In this document: positions 36,238 to 47,179 of the stretch, in pieces
Layout of the letters: every line of letters begins with the position of its first letter
Numbering within the stretch: the stretch's first letter is position 1
DNA from: a virus
IMG/VR virus record: IMGVR_UViG_3300021962_000032
DNA length: 64,000 bases
Reading direction: 5' to 3' (one strand)
Notes under the pieces: model-generated
Database searches by the model: none
The model's input: only the letters and a program-made list of their open reading frames with translations
What the model was told of the DNA's origin: nothing
Position numbers and translations under genes: made by a program

Positions 36238-36869
36238 TTTTTTAAAAAACTATAATCAACACTTTTTTCCATTATATCAGAATAATCATTTCTTTGCCAG
36301 GCCAAATGAGGTCTAAGTAAATATGTTTCACATTTTGAATGTATACTTGAATATATTACATCTAATGGCGACCTCATTTGAGAAACATTATCTATAATCA
36401 TATCATAAAGTGAATTATCAATCGCATAACAATGTGTTGTATATATTTGTCTTATTTTATATACATTTTCCGAAACCTTTATTGGCTCGTTATGCTTGGG
36501 CATATAAACATTATTAAAAGAATGATTGCCACCAAAATACAACATATCCCACTTTGGCAATTGACTTTCGTATTCAAAAAATAATTGATTCAAATTTTTA
36601 TCAAATTCAACATCATCTTCAAGAATCAATACGTTTTTTAGATTATCCTTCTTTGCTTTTTTTATTACTTTTAAATGTGATAGTATACAACCCAATTCCC
36701 CAGGTTTTAAATTTGTATTCACATTTTGAATTTTTCCATCAATTGCAGTTATTCTTTCAACTTGCAAATTATGCTTTTCAAACTCATTTCTAGATTCTTT
36801 CCATCTATCAAATCGTTTATCCAAATTAATGCAAAAAATTTTTTCAAAATAATCATTTAATGTTTTCAT
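36234..36869 (-). CDS. GT25 glycosyltransferase
   Basis: CINLDKR.DRW, GELGCILSH, LILEDD. Confidence 0.88.
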   Translation of the reverse strand: MKTLNDYFEKIFCINLDKRFDRWKESRNEFEKHNLQVERITAIDGKIQNVNTNLKPGELGCILSHLKVIKKAKKDNLKNVLILEDDVEFDKNLNQLFFEYESQLPKWDMLYFGGNHSFNNVYMPKHNEPIKVSENVYKIRQIYTTHCYAIDNSLYDMIIDNVSQMRSPLDVIYSSIHSKCETYLLRPHLAWQRNDYSDIMEKSVDYSFLKK

Positions 36870-37672
36870 ATTGAAACCCATTCCTTTAAAATTCGATCTT
36901 CTATCTTCCAATCAGAATATGCAGATCCAAACCATTTTTTGGGGGATATTGTAAGTTTACTCTTAGAAAGCCAAGAACCCCACCAACTAAAAGAACTATT
37001 AGCTATAATATGATAATCGCAGCATGTCATTAAACATAAATCAAAATCTACAGAATTATCTTGAGAAATAATAAATCTATCTCCATCAAAAAAACTTTGT
37101 TCTCTACACCATTGAGGATCATCTGTAAAAACAATTATCGGGCATTCTTGGGGAAGGAGTGAAATTGCCTCATCATAATATTCTAACGAACAAATTGGAT
37201 GATGATTTGGAAACTCCGAATAGTCAGTCCTACGAATGTGTAAAGATATTACATCTTGTCCAGAATAAAATTCAGCAAGAAATTTAGTCGCATCCAATAA
37301 AAGATGTTCATCAAAAGAAAAATCTTTTCGTATTTCATTTTCAATGTGTTTAAAATATTTTTCAGATTGAAAGTAACCATCAAGATCTATATTGTCAGGA
37401 CACGTTTCAAATAAATCCTCATCAAAATTTAATGTTGATTCTTTTAATTTTGTATTATTTGTAGTAATAATGACATTTTCTTTTCCCAAGTTAAATACAT
37501 CATAAATGTCACAATTAGAATCACGGACTTTTGAATCTTTGGTTCCAAAGTTTTCTTTTGGAGGAATACAAAAATCATAACCATGTTTTCTCGCAATCCC
37601 TTTTAAAGAAGCGTATTGAAACATTTGATTTCCAAGTCGTCCATAATTTCCAAGATAATTGAATGATATCAT
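36866..37672 (-). CDS. GT11 alpha-1,2-fucosyl/colitosyl-transferase
   Basis: GRLGNQMFQYA, GYFQSEKYF, HIRRTDY, IIANSSFSWWG. Confidence 0.9.
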   Translation of the reverse strand: MISFNYLGNYGRLGNQMFQYASLKGIARKHGYDFCIPPKENFGTKDSKVRDSNCDIYDVFNLGKENVIITTNNTKLKESTLNFDEDLFETCPDNIDLDGYFQSEKYFKHIENEIRKDFSFDEHLLLDATKFLAEFYSGQDVISLHIRRTDYSEFPNHHPICSLEYYDEAISLLPQECPIIVFTDDPQWCREQSFFDGDRFIISQDNSVDFDLCLMTCCDYHIIANSSFSWWGSWLSKSKLTISPKKWFGSAYSDWKIEDRILKEWVSI

Positions 37673-37692
37673 TTTTTATATGTTTTACAATT

Positions 37693-38493
37693 TTACAAAA
37701 AGTAATTTGTATAGATAAAATCTTCTCCCGTTGGATATTTTTTTAATCTATCAAAATTATCATATACTGCCTCAAGTTTAGATTTATATATTTCCTCAGA
37801 AACATCAAATTCTTCAGATAACTGAATTATTCCATCGGTGTTAAAATATTCACCAATATCTGGCGCTCCTTTATATACAGGAATGGTTCCCGTAGCAAAA
37901 CAATCTAATATCTTCTCAGTAAAAAATCCATCATAAGATCCATTTTCAATAGCAACAGAAAACATGTAGTCACAAAGACCTTCTTCTTTATTTTCTATTT
38001 CATTAAATCCCCTTCCATAAAGATCTACTTGGTCTCCTATTTTTTCAACCCATTTCAATCTTTCAATATGACCCTCACACATTTTTTTGTTTGAAGAGAT
38101 CATAGAAATCATTTTAGTTTTTTCATACACTTTTGGATTTTTAATCCAAGTTGAAGAAGTTAAACACCATTTAAATCTAGAATCAATTTTAGTCAATTCT
38201 TTACTGTTAGTAAAAATGGATTCAAATACTTCAAAATATTTTTCATAATTGGATCTAACATCTTGATAAATTCCTGGAGTAATGTATTTTGATTCTAATA
38301 ACCATCCATATTTTTTCTTAGAATTTTTATGCGAAAATGCTTGCCTTAAAGAATCATCAATATAAAAACTAATATCGGATGATTCATCAAAAACCCATTC
38401 AATATATTTTGACTTTTTTCCGTGTGTAGAATAACCTAAATTTCCTCCAGTCAAATGAGTAAAATTATTACCGTATAAATTAAATTTTATCAT
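37693..38493 (-). CDS. GT10-like glycosyltransferase
   Basis: YMFSVAIEN....FFTEKI.D.F..GTIPVY.G. Confidence 0.75.
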   Translation of the reverse strand: MIKFNLYGNNFTHLTGGNLGYSTHGKKSKYIEWVFDESSDISFYIDDSLRQAFSHKNSKKKYGWLLESKYITPGIYQDVRSNYEKYFEVFESIFTNSKELTKIDSRFKWCLTSSTWIKNPKVYEKTKMISMISSNKKMCEGHIERLKWVEKIGDQVDLYGRGFNEIENKEEGLCDYMFSVAIENGSYDGFFTEKILDCFATGTIPVYKGAPDIGEYFNTDGIIQLSEEFDVSEEIYKSKLEAVYDNFDRLKKYPTGEDFIYTNYFL

Positions 38494-38542
38494 AGTTATA
38501 TTTAATATAAAGTTTTTAAAACGATTTTAATATCCATTCCTA

Positions 38543-39244
38543 TTATTTCAACTTATTAAAATTTCTAAGTTTTTCATTCATCTCTTCACTCGCTATTTCA
38601 AATGGTTTATTTTTCATTTTTAAACACTTGCATGTGGAATTAATATTAATGGAAAAATCGTATTTTTCTCTTACTTCTTTAGACCAACTAACATCCTCAC
38701 CTCCACCCCAAGATAATTTTTCATCTAAAGGAAACTCAATCATTACATGCTTTTTTGCAATCCAATATGATCCAGAAATATATTGATACTTTGATAAATG
38801 AGTAATATCATAAGAAAATATACATTCCCTACTTGGGTTTACAATATCATCCATTTCGTTAAGATTGTGTGGCCAGATTACCCAATCACGCCACCTAGTA
38901 TTATCTGCATTAAGAAGTACGTTCGTACAAACTTTAAATTCTTCACCAAAACTTAAATATCCTTCATACCAATTATCTTCCAAAGCAATGTAGTCATGCA
39001 TATAAACAATATTCTCATATTTTGCATTTTTAGTTATTAAATTTTTTTTTCTAGTTATCCATTTACTTTTAATGCTATCATCAAATGGCATCACTAAAGT
39101 ATTTTTTCTATCTACTTTACTATTTCCTATTACAATAATTTCATAATCTAAAGTTGAAATGTATTGTTTTTCTATGCTATCTATAACTAGATTTAAATTG
39201 TTATCAGAATTTCCATCTGTAATAATTCCAAAAGTAAATTTCAT
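38543..39244 (-). CDS. GT2-like glycosyltransferase
   Basis: WITRKKN, YMHDY, GEDV.WS. Confidence 0.65.
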   Translation of the reverse strand: MKFTFGIITDGNSDNNLNLVIDSIEKQYISTLDYEIIVIGNSKVDRKNTLVMPFDDSIKSKWITRKKNLITKNAKYENIVYMHDYIALEDNWYEGYLSFGEEFKVCTNVLLNADNTRWRDWVIWPHNLNEMDDIVNPSRECIFSYDITHLSKYQYISGSYWIAKKHVMIEFPLDEKLSWGGGEDVSWSKEVREKYDFSININSTCKCLKMKNKPFEIASEEMNEKLRNFNKLK

Positions 39245-39245
39245 T

Positions 39246-39905
39246 TTAATTACTAATTATATTTTTATTTTTTAACTCATTAATAATTAAAGGCATTGCA
39301 TTTTGAGATAAATGAATATGGTCCATAATATAATACGGATTTGTTGTTCCATCATTATTTAACATTTTTTCAAAAATAGATACAAACTGAAAGTTATTTT
39401 CTACACAAAGGTCAATTAGATATTGATTGAAAATTTTAGTTACGTTATTTCTTTCTATATTAGATCCATAAGAAGGTCCAGGTTCTTTAGTTTGAAAATC
39501 TATATATGGTTTTTTATCCGACCAAGATGCAATTGGACCCCAAATTAATATTTCCTTATTAAATTTTTTATAGTACAAAAGAGCATTTACATATCTAGAA
39601 ACACACTCACATACAACATCATTAATACTTCTGTTTTGTAAATTTGATTGCTTTATCAAGTGTGCTCTAATGTCAACTTCACCAAAGCAAAACATAAGTT
39701 TATCATTTTCATTTACACTTGGATTAAGTAATACAGATTCTATAATGGACTGTTTATTATGAAGTTGATAAGCAGTTGATGGTCCTATTCGATAAGATTC
39801 AAAATATGGAATTAAGTTTGATGCCCTATCCGGCCAAACTGGTTGCATCTTCTCTTCTCCACTGAAAACTGCAGAGTGACTATCTCCTATGCAGTGTATT
39901 TTCAT
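39246..39905 (-). CDS. SGNH/GDSL-like hydrolase
   Basis: IGDSH, GEVD.R, DHIH. Confidence 0.7.
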   Translation of the reverse strand: MKIHCIGDSHSAVFSGEEKMQPVWPDRASNLIPYFESYRIGPSTAYQLHNKQSIIESVLLNPSVNENDKLMFCFGEVDIRAHLIKQSNLQNRSINDVVCECVSRYVNALLYYKKFNKEILIWGPIASWSDKKPYIDFQTKEPGPSYGSNIERNNVTKIFNQYLIDLCVENNFQFVSIFEKMLNNDGTTNPYYIMDHIHLSQNAMPLIINELKNKNIISN

Positions 39906-40693
39906 ATTTTAAATCTTTTATTAACATATACTACATCTATTTCGCCAATTCCATTCCAACATTCATGGAAAATTGCACCAACAAGTTCAAAATTTTTACT
40001 CTCAAGATAAGAATGTAAAGAATGAAATTCTGTTCCATTCACATAATCATTTTCACCAAAACTAATTTCAGTTTGAATTGCCTTTACATTATCTAAAACA
40101 CCTTCACAACCTCTAAAAACCTCATTCTCATATCCTTGCACATCAACCCAGAGAATATCAGGAAAATTGATTTTATTACTTTCGCACCAATCATCTATTC
40201 TAACAACATCAACCACATGAGATCTAACCTGTCTTCCCCACTCTGGAATGTTTTTTTGCTCGACTACCAATAAAGATGATGATCCTGGATTTCCATCACT
40301 TATATAAAAATCCAATTTACAATTTTTTTCTCCAACCCCCTTTCCCACAACATTAATATTATTATAAGAATTAGAGACATTTAAACATGTATTATATGCT
40401 TCGGGATTTGCTTCAAATGCATATATTTCAGAATTTTTAAACCAAGTGCTAAATTCGATACTCTGATAGCAATCTCTACTACCAACATCAAAAATAGTTT
40501 TAACATCATCAAAGTTTATATATTTTGATATTATATCAATAAACTCAAAAGTCCAATAAGAATTACATGGATAACCTGTATGGTATATTTCTTCTGTGAC
40601 GTTAGAAATATATTTTTTATTATTTTCTATATCAGTTTCAATATTATGAAATTTGAATGGGTAAACTCTACCATACTTGCGAATGTCAAACAT
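39902..40693 (-). CDS. FkbM-family methyltransferase
   Basis: IFDVGS, YAFEANP, WVDVQGYE. Confidence 0.85.
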   Translation of the reverse strand: MFDIRKYGRVYPFKFHNIETDIENNKKYISNVTEEIYHTGYPCNSYWTFEFIDIISKYINFDDVKTIFDVGSRDCYQSIEFSTWFKNSEIYAFEANPEAYNTCLNVSNSYNNINVVGKGVGEKNCKLDFYISDGNPGSSSLLVVEQKNIPEWGRQVRSHVVDVVRIDDWCESNKINFPDILWVDVQGYENEVFRGCEGVLDNVKAIQTEISFGENDYVNGTEFHSLHSYLESKNFELVGAIFHECWNGIGEIDVVYVNKRFKI

Positions 40694-40696
40694 AAT

Positions 40697-42070
40697 TTAA
40701 ACCTCTCCCTTATAATGCTCTAAAAAATAATTTAAATCTTCTGGGGTTCCAATTCCCCACATACCTTCTTTATCAATCTCTTTGATGCGAATCTTTTTGC
40801 CATCAACAATTGCTTCATTAAATACTGGGCAAACATAATATTCATTGTTCACACGAATATCTTTCTCAATCATCTGCTCAGCATACTTCACATAATCAGA
40901 TCCTTTCTTCCAATAGTAAATACCTACCGTAGCGTGTTCAGAAATGGGCTTCTTCTCAGCAACTTCAGATACATAACCATCTTCACCAAGTTTAGCATAA
41001 GACCACTTTGGGTGAGTTGCAGGGAAGGTCACAATGCCACCATCTATCTCACCATTCTGGAAAGCATAGAGAGTTTCATTAGAGTTCCACTCAACAAACT
41101 GGTCAGAGTTTGCCATCACTAAAGGATCATCGTTATTGATAAACTCCTTTGCAAGAAGAGTAGTGCAACAAGCACCTTCCGTAAGTCCATCAACTTGAAC
41201 AATATTACATCCAGGAACAATCAGGGGAAGTAAATAATTAAGATTATACTTTTCATAATGTTCTTTCTGAACAATAAAGGTATAATTTGCTTTAATATTC
41301 AGATTTTCAACAACCACTTGAATCATTGGTTTGCCTTTAACTTCAATCAAAGGCTTAGGGAAAGTATATCCTTGACTGGCGAATCTGCTGCCAGCTCCTG
41401 CCATGGGAATAAGAACATTCATATTTTTACTTTCCCACGTAACTTTTTGTTTTGTCCCATTTAAAATTTTTTTAATGCGATCAATTTTTACTTGATTAAG
41501 ATCTTTGCGATTCTCTACAGGAACCAAATATGCCTTACTATCAAGAGCACCTTGACGACCAATATGACTATCCTCAACAATCACAGTATCTGCAGGGAGT
41601 GCTCCAAGAGCAGTCATGCATTTCCAATACATTGCTGGGAATGGTTTGTTACGAACAACGTCCTCATTAGAGACGTACATATCTACAAATTCCAGAAGAC
41701 CAAGACGCAAAAGAATAATCTTTACAGTATTCCGAATACTGTTAGATGCAACAGCAATCTTATATCCCGCATCTACAAGTTGTTGAAAGTACCCCATCAA
41801 CTCATAGTCCTTTGCAACACAGTCATTAAAGATTTTAAGTGTCTCTTCTTGCTTATCTTTCCAAATTTTATCATAAAGATCTACAGGAAGACCTTTGTGC
41901 TTGGTCAAGAGTTCTAATTTTGCTTTAGTGGGGAGACCATCATAAATGCTCACATGCTCATCTTTATTGATAGCATATTGTTGTCCAAGTGCTTTATTTA
42001 ATGCTTCATAATGATAATCTTTACTATCAATAAGAACACCATCTAAATCAAAGATAACTAATTTGGTCAT
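40697..42070 (-). CDS. HAD phosphatase fused to a sugar nucleotidyltransferase
   Basis: FDLDGVL, KPFP, EDS..G; PMAGAGSRF....PKPLI, EKKPIS, GTPEDL. Confidence 0.88.
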   Translation of the reverse strand: MTKLVIFDLDGVLIDSKDYHYEALNKALGQQYAINKDEHVSIYDGLPTKAKLELLTKHKGLPVDLYDKIWKDKQEETLKIFNDCVAKDYELMGYFQQLVDAGYKIAVASNSIRNTVKIILLRLGLLEFVDMYVSNEDVVRNKPFPAMYWKCMTALGALPADTVIVEDSHIGRQGALDSKAYLVPVENRKDLNQVKIDRIKKILNGTKQKVTWESKNMNVLIPMAGAGSRFASQGYTFPKPLIEVKGKPMIQVVVENLNIKANYTFIVQKEHYEKYNLNYLLPLIVPGCNIVQVDGLTEGACCTTLLAKEFINNDDPLVMANSDQFVEWNSNETLYAFQNGEIDGGIVTFPATHPKWSYAKLGEDGYVSEVAEKKPISEHATVGIYYWKKGSDYVKYAEQMIEKDIRVNNEYYVCPVFNEAIVDGKKIRIKEIDKEGMWGIGTPEDLNYFLEHYKGEV

Positions 42071-42864
42071 ATTACTTTCCAGTGCTTTAAATACAGGTCT
42101 TTAGTGTCATGATCTTTACAATCACCAGCAAACCAATTTTTAGGTGCTATAACATTTATACTATCAGCTAACCAAGCCCCCCACCAACCAAAAGTGCTAT
42201 TACAAATAATGTGATGAGTACATTGAGAAAGAAGATATAAATCCATGTAGGCATCCCCAACCTCAGATACAGAAAATCTATCTTCATCGAACATCTTTTG
42301 TTGCATACACCATTCCGGATCATCCGAAAAAACATATACAGGAAGATCCTTATCAAATTCAGACAATGCCTTTTCGTAATATGAGTTTGGTTGCACTGGA
42401 TGATTTGGATTTTTCAGAAAATCATTTCTTCTTATGTGTATTCCAATGCAATCACTGTTATGCATCTCGGCAACAATTGGTTCACATGCATTTTGAATTT
42501 CTCTTTTAAATTGGAAATCTTCATTTCTCAATTCCCCCTCAATGTGCTTAAAATACTTCTGACTCTGAAAAAATCCAACATAATTAATATCTTGCTCTGG
42601 AGGATTTTCAAATAAATCCTCATCAAAATGAAAAAATCGTTCGACAAGATTTCCATAATCAGTCATCGAACGTTTACATTTAATATCAAATGCCTCATCA
42701 ATATTGCTAAAGAGATCTTGGTAATAATGCTTACCAAAAACCTCTGTCGGAGGAATACAAAATATTCTTTTATGCTTAATGGACATTGACTTTACAAATG
42801 CATATTGAAACATTTGATTTCCAAGATGCCCATTATTGCCAAGATGATTAATAGAAAAACTCAT
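42067..42864 (-). CDS. GT11 alpha-1,2-fucosyl/colitosyl-transferase
   Basis: GHLGNQMFQYA, FQSQKYF, HIRRND, NSTFGWWGAWL. Confidence 0.9.
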   Translation of the reverse strand: MSFSINHLGNNGHLGNQMFQYAFVKSMSIKHKRIFCIPPTEVFGKHYYQDLFSNIDEAFDIKCKRSMTDYGNLVERFFHFDEDLFENPPEQDINYVGFFQSQKYFKHIEGELRNEDFQFKREIQNACEPIVAEMHNSDCIGIHIRRNDFLKNPNHPVQPNSYYEKALSEFDKDLPVYVFSDDPEWCMQQKMFDEDRFSVSEVGDAYMDLYLLSQCTHHIICNSTFGWWGAWLADSINVIAPKNWFAGDCKDHDTKDLYLKHWKVI

Positions 42865-42866
42865 AA

Positions 42867-44030
42867 TTACTGCAATTTACTTAAGATTTTATCAAGAAGT
42901 TTTAACTCTTTATTTCCAATAAAATGATTATTCCCCAAGTATATCCCATTCTCATGAATAGTGTCAACATCAAGATTACTCTTCATTGTTGTAATTTTAT
43001 AATGATTTAAGTATGGCTGCTTTAGTAAATTTCCACCAATTATAGGTCTATGTTCTATTCCATATATTGGACATAATGCTTTAAATTGATCGGAGATAGT
43101 TTTATCTTTAAAAATTAAAGGAAAGCAAAAACTACTTAATCTATTTGAATTAATAGGAACATAAACTTTACTGCAATGATTTGAAAGAATCTTTACAAAT
43201 TTTTCATAGTTTTCATTTCTCCGTTCAATCATACTATCAAGTCGTTTGAGTTGGGACAATCCCAATACAGCTCCCAACTCATGATTTCTAAAATTATAAC
43301 CATCAGTTACGAAAAGAAATTCTTTGTTTAAATCCGAATAAGTTTCATAATAAACATCCCTATTATCAGATTCTCTTGCTAAACCATGACTTCTCTTCAA
43401 ACGCATCATGTCATAAATTCTATGATCGTTTGTGCAGATCATTCCACCTTCAATAGTTGACATGTGATGTCCAAAGTAAAAACTAAAGGTTGCACCCAAA
43501 CTATCAGATCCAACTTTAGTTCCATCAGGATTCAGACAACCATGAGATTCACAAACATCATCAAGGAACAAAGCATTTGGAAAGATCTCTTTATACCTCT
43601 CAACTGGTGCTGGGAACCCCATCAAGTGCGTGGTAAAGACCATCTTGATATCAGAATGCTTCTGAGCAATAAACTTAAGATCTTGCTCGCAATAAGTAAA
43701 GGTATTAATGTTTACGTCACAGAATATTGGTTGGAATCCAAGTTGAAATACTGGATTGACATTGGTTACCCATGTGCAAGCAGGAACAACTACCTTATCA
43801 CCATCCCTTAGTCCATAGATTTCTTTGACTGCTGCGATCAAAAGATAGTTGGCAGTGCTTCCAGAAGAAACATAAAGAGAATACTTTGAACCAACCCACT
43901 TAGACCAAGCAGATTCAAATTCTCTAACTTTAAGTCCATTTGTAAACCTATCGGAGGTCATACAGAACTTTGCCATTCGGACTCTATCCATAAGAGTCAT
44001 GTTATCTTTCATTAATGGCCACTTATGCAT
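42867..44030 (-). CDS. PLP-dependent DegT-fold enzyme, ColD-like GDP-4-keto-6-deoxy-D-mannose 3-dehydratase
   Basis: SSGSTAN, DDVCESHG, FSFYFGHHMSTIEGG (His at the Lys position), GYNFR. Confidence 0.75.
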   Translation of the reverse strand: MHKWPLMKDNMTLMDRVRMAKFCMTSDRFTNGLKVREFESAWSKWVGSKYSLYVSSGSTANYLLIAAVKEIYGLRDGDKVVVPACTWVTNVNPVFQLGFQPIFCDVNINTFTYCEQDLKFIAQKHSDIKMVFTTHLMGFPAPVERYKEIFPNALFLDDVCESHGCLNPDGTKVGSDSLGATFSFYFGHHMSTIEGGMICTNDHRIYDMMRLKRSHGLARESDNRDVYYETYSDLNKEFLFVTDGYNFRNHELGAVLGLSQLKRLDSMIERRNENYEKFVKILSNHCSKVYVPINSNRLSSFCFPLIFKDKTISDQFKALCPIYGIEHRPIIGGNLLKQPYLNHYKITTMKSNLDVDTIHENGIYLGNNHFIGNKELKLLDKILSKLQ

Positions 44031-44952
44031 TGCAATTCTCCAAATACCAATTATAAGTTTTTTCTAAACCTTCTTCCAGTTCTATAGAATGTTTCCATCC
44101 AAGATTATATAGTTTATCCACATTTAAAAGTTTTCTTGGAGTTCCATTGGGTTTGGTTGTATCCCAAGCAATGTCCCCTTCATATCCAACAACCTTAGCA
44201 ATAGTTTTTGCCAATTCTTTAATTGTAATATCTTTGCCAGTACCAACATTAATAATTTCTGGTCTATCGTAATTTTCCATAAGAAAAAGGCAGGCATCCG
44301 CAAGATCATCTACATGTAAAAATTCCCTGAAAGGTGATCCATCTCCCCACATAAGAGGAATTTCACCAGATTCTTTTGCCTTATGAAACTTAGTAATAAA
44401 TCCAGGAAGAACGTGAGAGGTCTCTGGATTAAAGTTATCATTAGGCCCATAAAGATTTGTTGGCATTAATGAAATAGCATTAAACCCATATTGCTCAGTA
44501 TATGCTTGACACATTTTAATTCCTGCAATTTTAGCAAGAGCATATCCATCATTTGTCGGTTCAAGAGGACCCGTCATCAACTGATCTTCAGTAATTGGTT
44601 GAGTTGCAAACTTAGGATAGATACAAGAAGAACCAAGAAACAGAAGTTTCTTAACACCAAAGTTATAAGAACTTTGAATAATATTGGTTTGGATTTGAAG
44701 ATTCTCAGTTAAAAAATCTGCCTTATAGTTTTTATTCGCCATAATGCCACCAACTCTAGCGGCAGCAAGAAAAACATATTCGGGTTCTTCTGAGCACAAA
44801 TACCTTTCAGTTTCATCTTGATCTGTGAAATCTACATCATCCCTAGTTCCTTTGATGATGTTTGTATATCCATTTTTTTCAAGATTTCTAACAATTGCTC
44901 TGCCAACCATTCCATAAGCACCAGCAACTAAAATTTTAGAATCATGTTTCAT
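44023..44952 (-). CDS. fcl: GDP-L-fucose synthase / ColC-like epimerase-reductase
   Basis: GAYGMVG, AAARVGGI, FLGSSCIYP, YALAK, PTNLYGP.DNF, REFLHVDD. Confidence 0.92.
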   Translation of the reverse strand: MKHDSKILVAGAYGMVGRAIVRNLEKNGYTNIIKGTRDDVDFTDQDETERYLCSEEPEYVFLAAARVGGIMANKNYKADFLTENLQIQTNIIQSSYNFGVKKLLFLGSSCIYPKFATQPITEDQLMTGPLEPTNDGYALAKIAGIKMCQAYTEQYGFNAISLMPTNLYGPNDNFNPETSHVLPGFITKFHKAKESGEIPLMWGDGSPFREFLHVDDLADACLFLMENYDRPEIINVGTGKDITIKELAKTIAKVVGYEGDIAWDTTKPNGTPRKLLNVDKLYNLGWKHSIELEEGLEKTYNWYLENCNA

Positions 44953-45572
44953 TTTAAACTCCAATTTTCCCAAACCCAATTAAAGCACCAATCTTGACTA
45001 TGCGTTTTAGATAATTTTCTTCGTATATCAAGTAGCATCTTTTCAGAATTTTCATTTATATTATGGAATTGAATTTGAAAATTATTAATTTTAGTAGTTA
45101 AATTGTTATCAAATATATTTTGCATAATATCATATTCTGCACCTTCAACATTAATCTTTAGCAAATCAATATTATCAACTCCAGTTTCATCATAGGCATC
45201 GTTAAAAGATTTAATTTTTACCTTTTCAATAACTAAGTTATCTACATTTTCAATGGATCTTGGAGATACCAAATAAGATGCGTCATCAGATATAGCTAAT
45301 TCAAGTTCTTCTGTTTTTCCACCAACTCCATAATCAAATACTCTAATTTTTTCATTATTTTCAAATTTACTTTTAATTAAAGAAGAAAATTTTGGCAAAG
45401 GTTCAAAGACATAAATGTTAGATTTATATTTTGAATATATTTTATTAGAGTAATCTCCTTCATATCCACCCAAATCAAAAACAACCGAATTTGAATTTAG
45501 TCGATATGAAATTCTGAGGGTTTTATCCCCTTCGGCTGCCCACCATTCATCAATTTCCTGTCTCATTTTCAC
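44949..45572 (-). CDS. FkbM-family methyltransferase
   Basis: [18 protein letters not shown]. Confidence 0.85.
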   Translation of the reverse strand: MKMRQEIDEWWAAEGDKTLRISYRLNSNSVVFDLGGYEGDYSNKIYSKYKSNIYVFEPLPKFSSLIKSKFENNEKIRVFDYGVGGKTEELELAISDDASYLVSPRSIENVDNLVIEKVKIKSFNDAYDETGVDNIDLLKINVEGAEYDIMQNIFDNNLTTKINNFQIQFHNINENSEKMLLDIRRKLSKTHSQDWCFNWVWENWSLK

Positions 45573-46563
45573 ACATCTCCTTTACAAGTTCATCAAAAGA
45601 AATCTTAGGCTCCCATCCAAGTTTCTGTTTTGCCTTAGTAGCATCACCCAATAAGGTCTCTACTTCAGCAGGTCGAAAATATTTAGGATCCACAATTACA
45701 CGTACTAATCCAGAATTCTTATCAATTCCAATTTCATTACCATAAACATCAACCTGCCATTCAATATCCATTCCAAAGTAAGGTGCTGATCTCTCTACAA
45801 ATTCACGAACCGAGTACTGTTTTCCAGTAGCAATCACGAAGTCATCAGGTTCATCTTGTTGAAGCATTAACCACATTGCCTCAACATAATCTTTTGCGTG
45901 TCCCCAATCACGAAGAGCATTCAGATTACCCAGTTTAAGCACCGTTTGCTTACCCTCAGACATTGCTTTGAAACCTCTGGTAATCTTACGAGTAACAAAT
46001 GTTTCCCCACGACGAGGAGATTCATGATTAAAAAGAATCCCCGTGCAAGCATACATTCCATATGCCTCACGATAGTTTTTGACAATCCAATAACCATAGA
46101 TCTTAGCAACACCATAAGGACTCCTGGGATAGAAAGGAGTTGTTTCTGTTTGAGGAATCTCTTGAACCTTGCCGTAAAGTTCTGAAGTAGATGCCTGATA
46201 GATACGAACATCATTCTCCATTCCAAGAATACGAACTGCCTCAAGAATGCGAAGTGTTCCAAGGGAATCAACTTGCCCAGTATATTCAGGTATTTCAAAA
46301 GATACCTTTACATGACTCTGGGCACCAAGATTATAAATCTCATTTGGTTTAACTTTCTGAATTACCCTTATAAGATTGGTAGAATCAGTAAGGTCACCGT
46401 AATGGAGATGAATAAAATTATAGATGTGGTCAATACGATGAGTGTTAATAAGGGATGCTCTCCTGATAATCCCATGAACCTCATAACCTTTTTCAAGCAA
46501 TAGTTCAGCGAGATACGATCCATCTTGCCCCGTGATTCCTGTAATTAGTGCAATTTTTTTCAT
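45550..46563 (-). CDS. gmd: GDP-mannose 4,6-dehydratase
   Basis: [48 protein letters not shown]. Confidence 0.97.
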   Translation of the reverse strand: MKKIALITGITGQDGSYLAELLLEKGYEVHGIIRRASLINTHRIDHIYNFIHLHYGDLTDSTNLIRVIQKVKPNEIYNLGAQSHVKVSFEIPEYTGQVDSLGTLRILEAVRILGMENDVRIYQASTSELYGKVQEIPQTETTPFYPRSPYGVAKIYGYWIVKNYREAYGMYACTGILFNHESPRRGETFVTRKITRGFKAMSEGKQTVLKLGNLNALRDWGHAKDYVEAMWLMLQQDEPDDFVIATGKQYSVREFVERSAPYFGMDIEWQVDVYGNEIGIDKNSGLVRVIVDPKYFRPAEVETLLGDATKAKQKLGWEPKISFDELVKEMCENETGN

Positions 46564-46564
46564 A

Positions 46565-46936
46565 TCAAATTCTTCCAAAATCATCTTCCAATCTAACTAT
46601 GTCTTCTTCTTTACAAATTCCTCTTTGGATTTCTATAAAAACCAATCCATCATTTCCTGATGTTGCCCTATGTATATTTTTAGGGGGGATGTGAAATCTA
46701 TCCCCCAACGCACAGTTTCTGATTTTAAATCCATCATTAATTACACCAGAACCCTCAACAATAACCCAATCTTCCCATCTATAATTATGATATTGAAGAG
46801 AGAATGATTTATTTGGATTTAAAGTTATTTTTTTTACTTTATAAGTTTCAGATTCAACTAAAGTTTCAAAAGAACCCCACGGCCTTTCTTCATGCATAAA
46901 TTTATTCTCAACTATAAACTCTTTCAAGATCCTCAT
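46565..46936 (-). CDS. Stand-alone cupin, type II phosphomannose isomerase (ManC C-terminal domain); real start probably further downstream
   Basis: ERPWG, SLQYH..R.E.W, HR, IEIQ.G...[13 protein letters not shown]. Confidence 0.85.
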   Translation of the reverse strand: MRILKEFIVENKFMHEERPWGSFETLVESETYKVKKITLNPNKSFSLQYHNYRWEDWVIVEGSGVINDGFKIRNCALGDRFHIPPKNIHRATSGNDGLVFIEIQRGICKEEDIVRLEDDFGRI

Positions 46937-47120
46937 TTAAACAATCAATTAAAATTTCATAATCATCCAAAGGATCTCCGGAGAAAACTACACCTTCATT
47001 TTCATAAAATCTACGAAGTTTTTTAAACAATTTTGGATTTTTAACATCCAAATATATTTCACCAGAAGCTGCCGACTTTAAGGTGCTGATGTCTTTTTTA
47101 AATTTTTCCGCAATAGTCAT
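46908..47120 (-). CDS. Conserved cyanophage hypothetical protein
   Basis: LDVKNPKLFKKLRRFYENEGV.FSGDPLDDY. Confidence 0.7.
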   Translation of the reverse strand: MTIAEKFKKDISTLKSAASGEIYLDVKNPKLFKKLRRFYENEGVVFSGDPLDDYEILIDCLNEDLERVYS

Positions 47121-47179
47121 TTTAACTCAGATTTACAATTATAGAGTAACTGCAATTATACAGCGATCCAAATAAAAAA

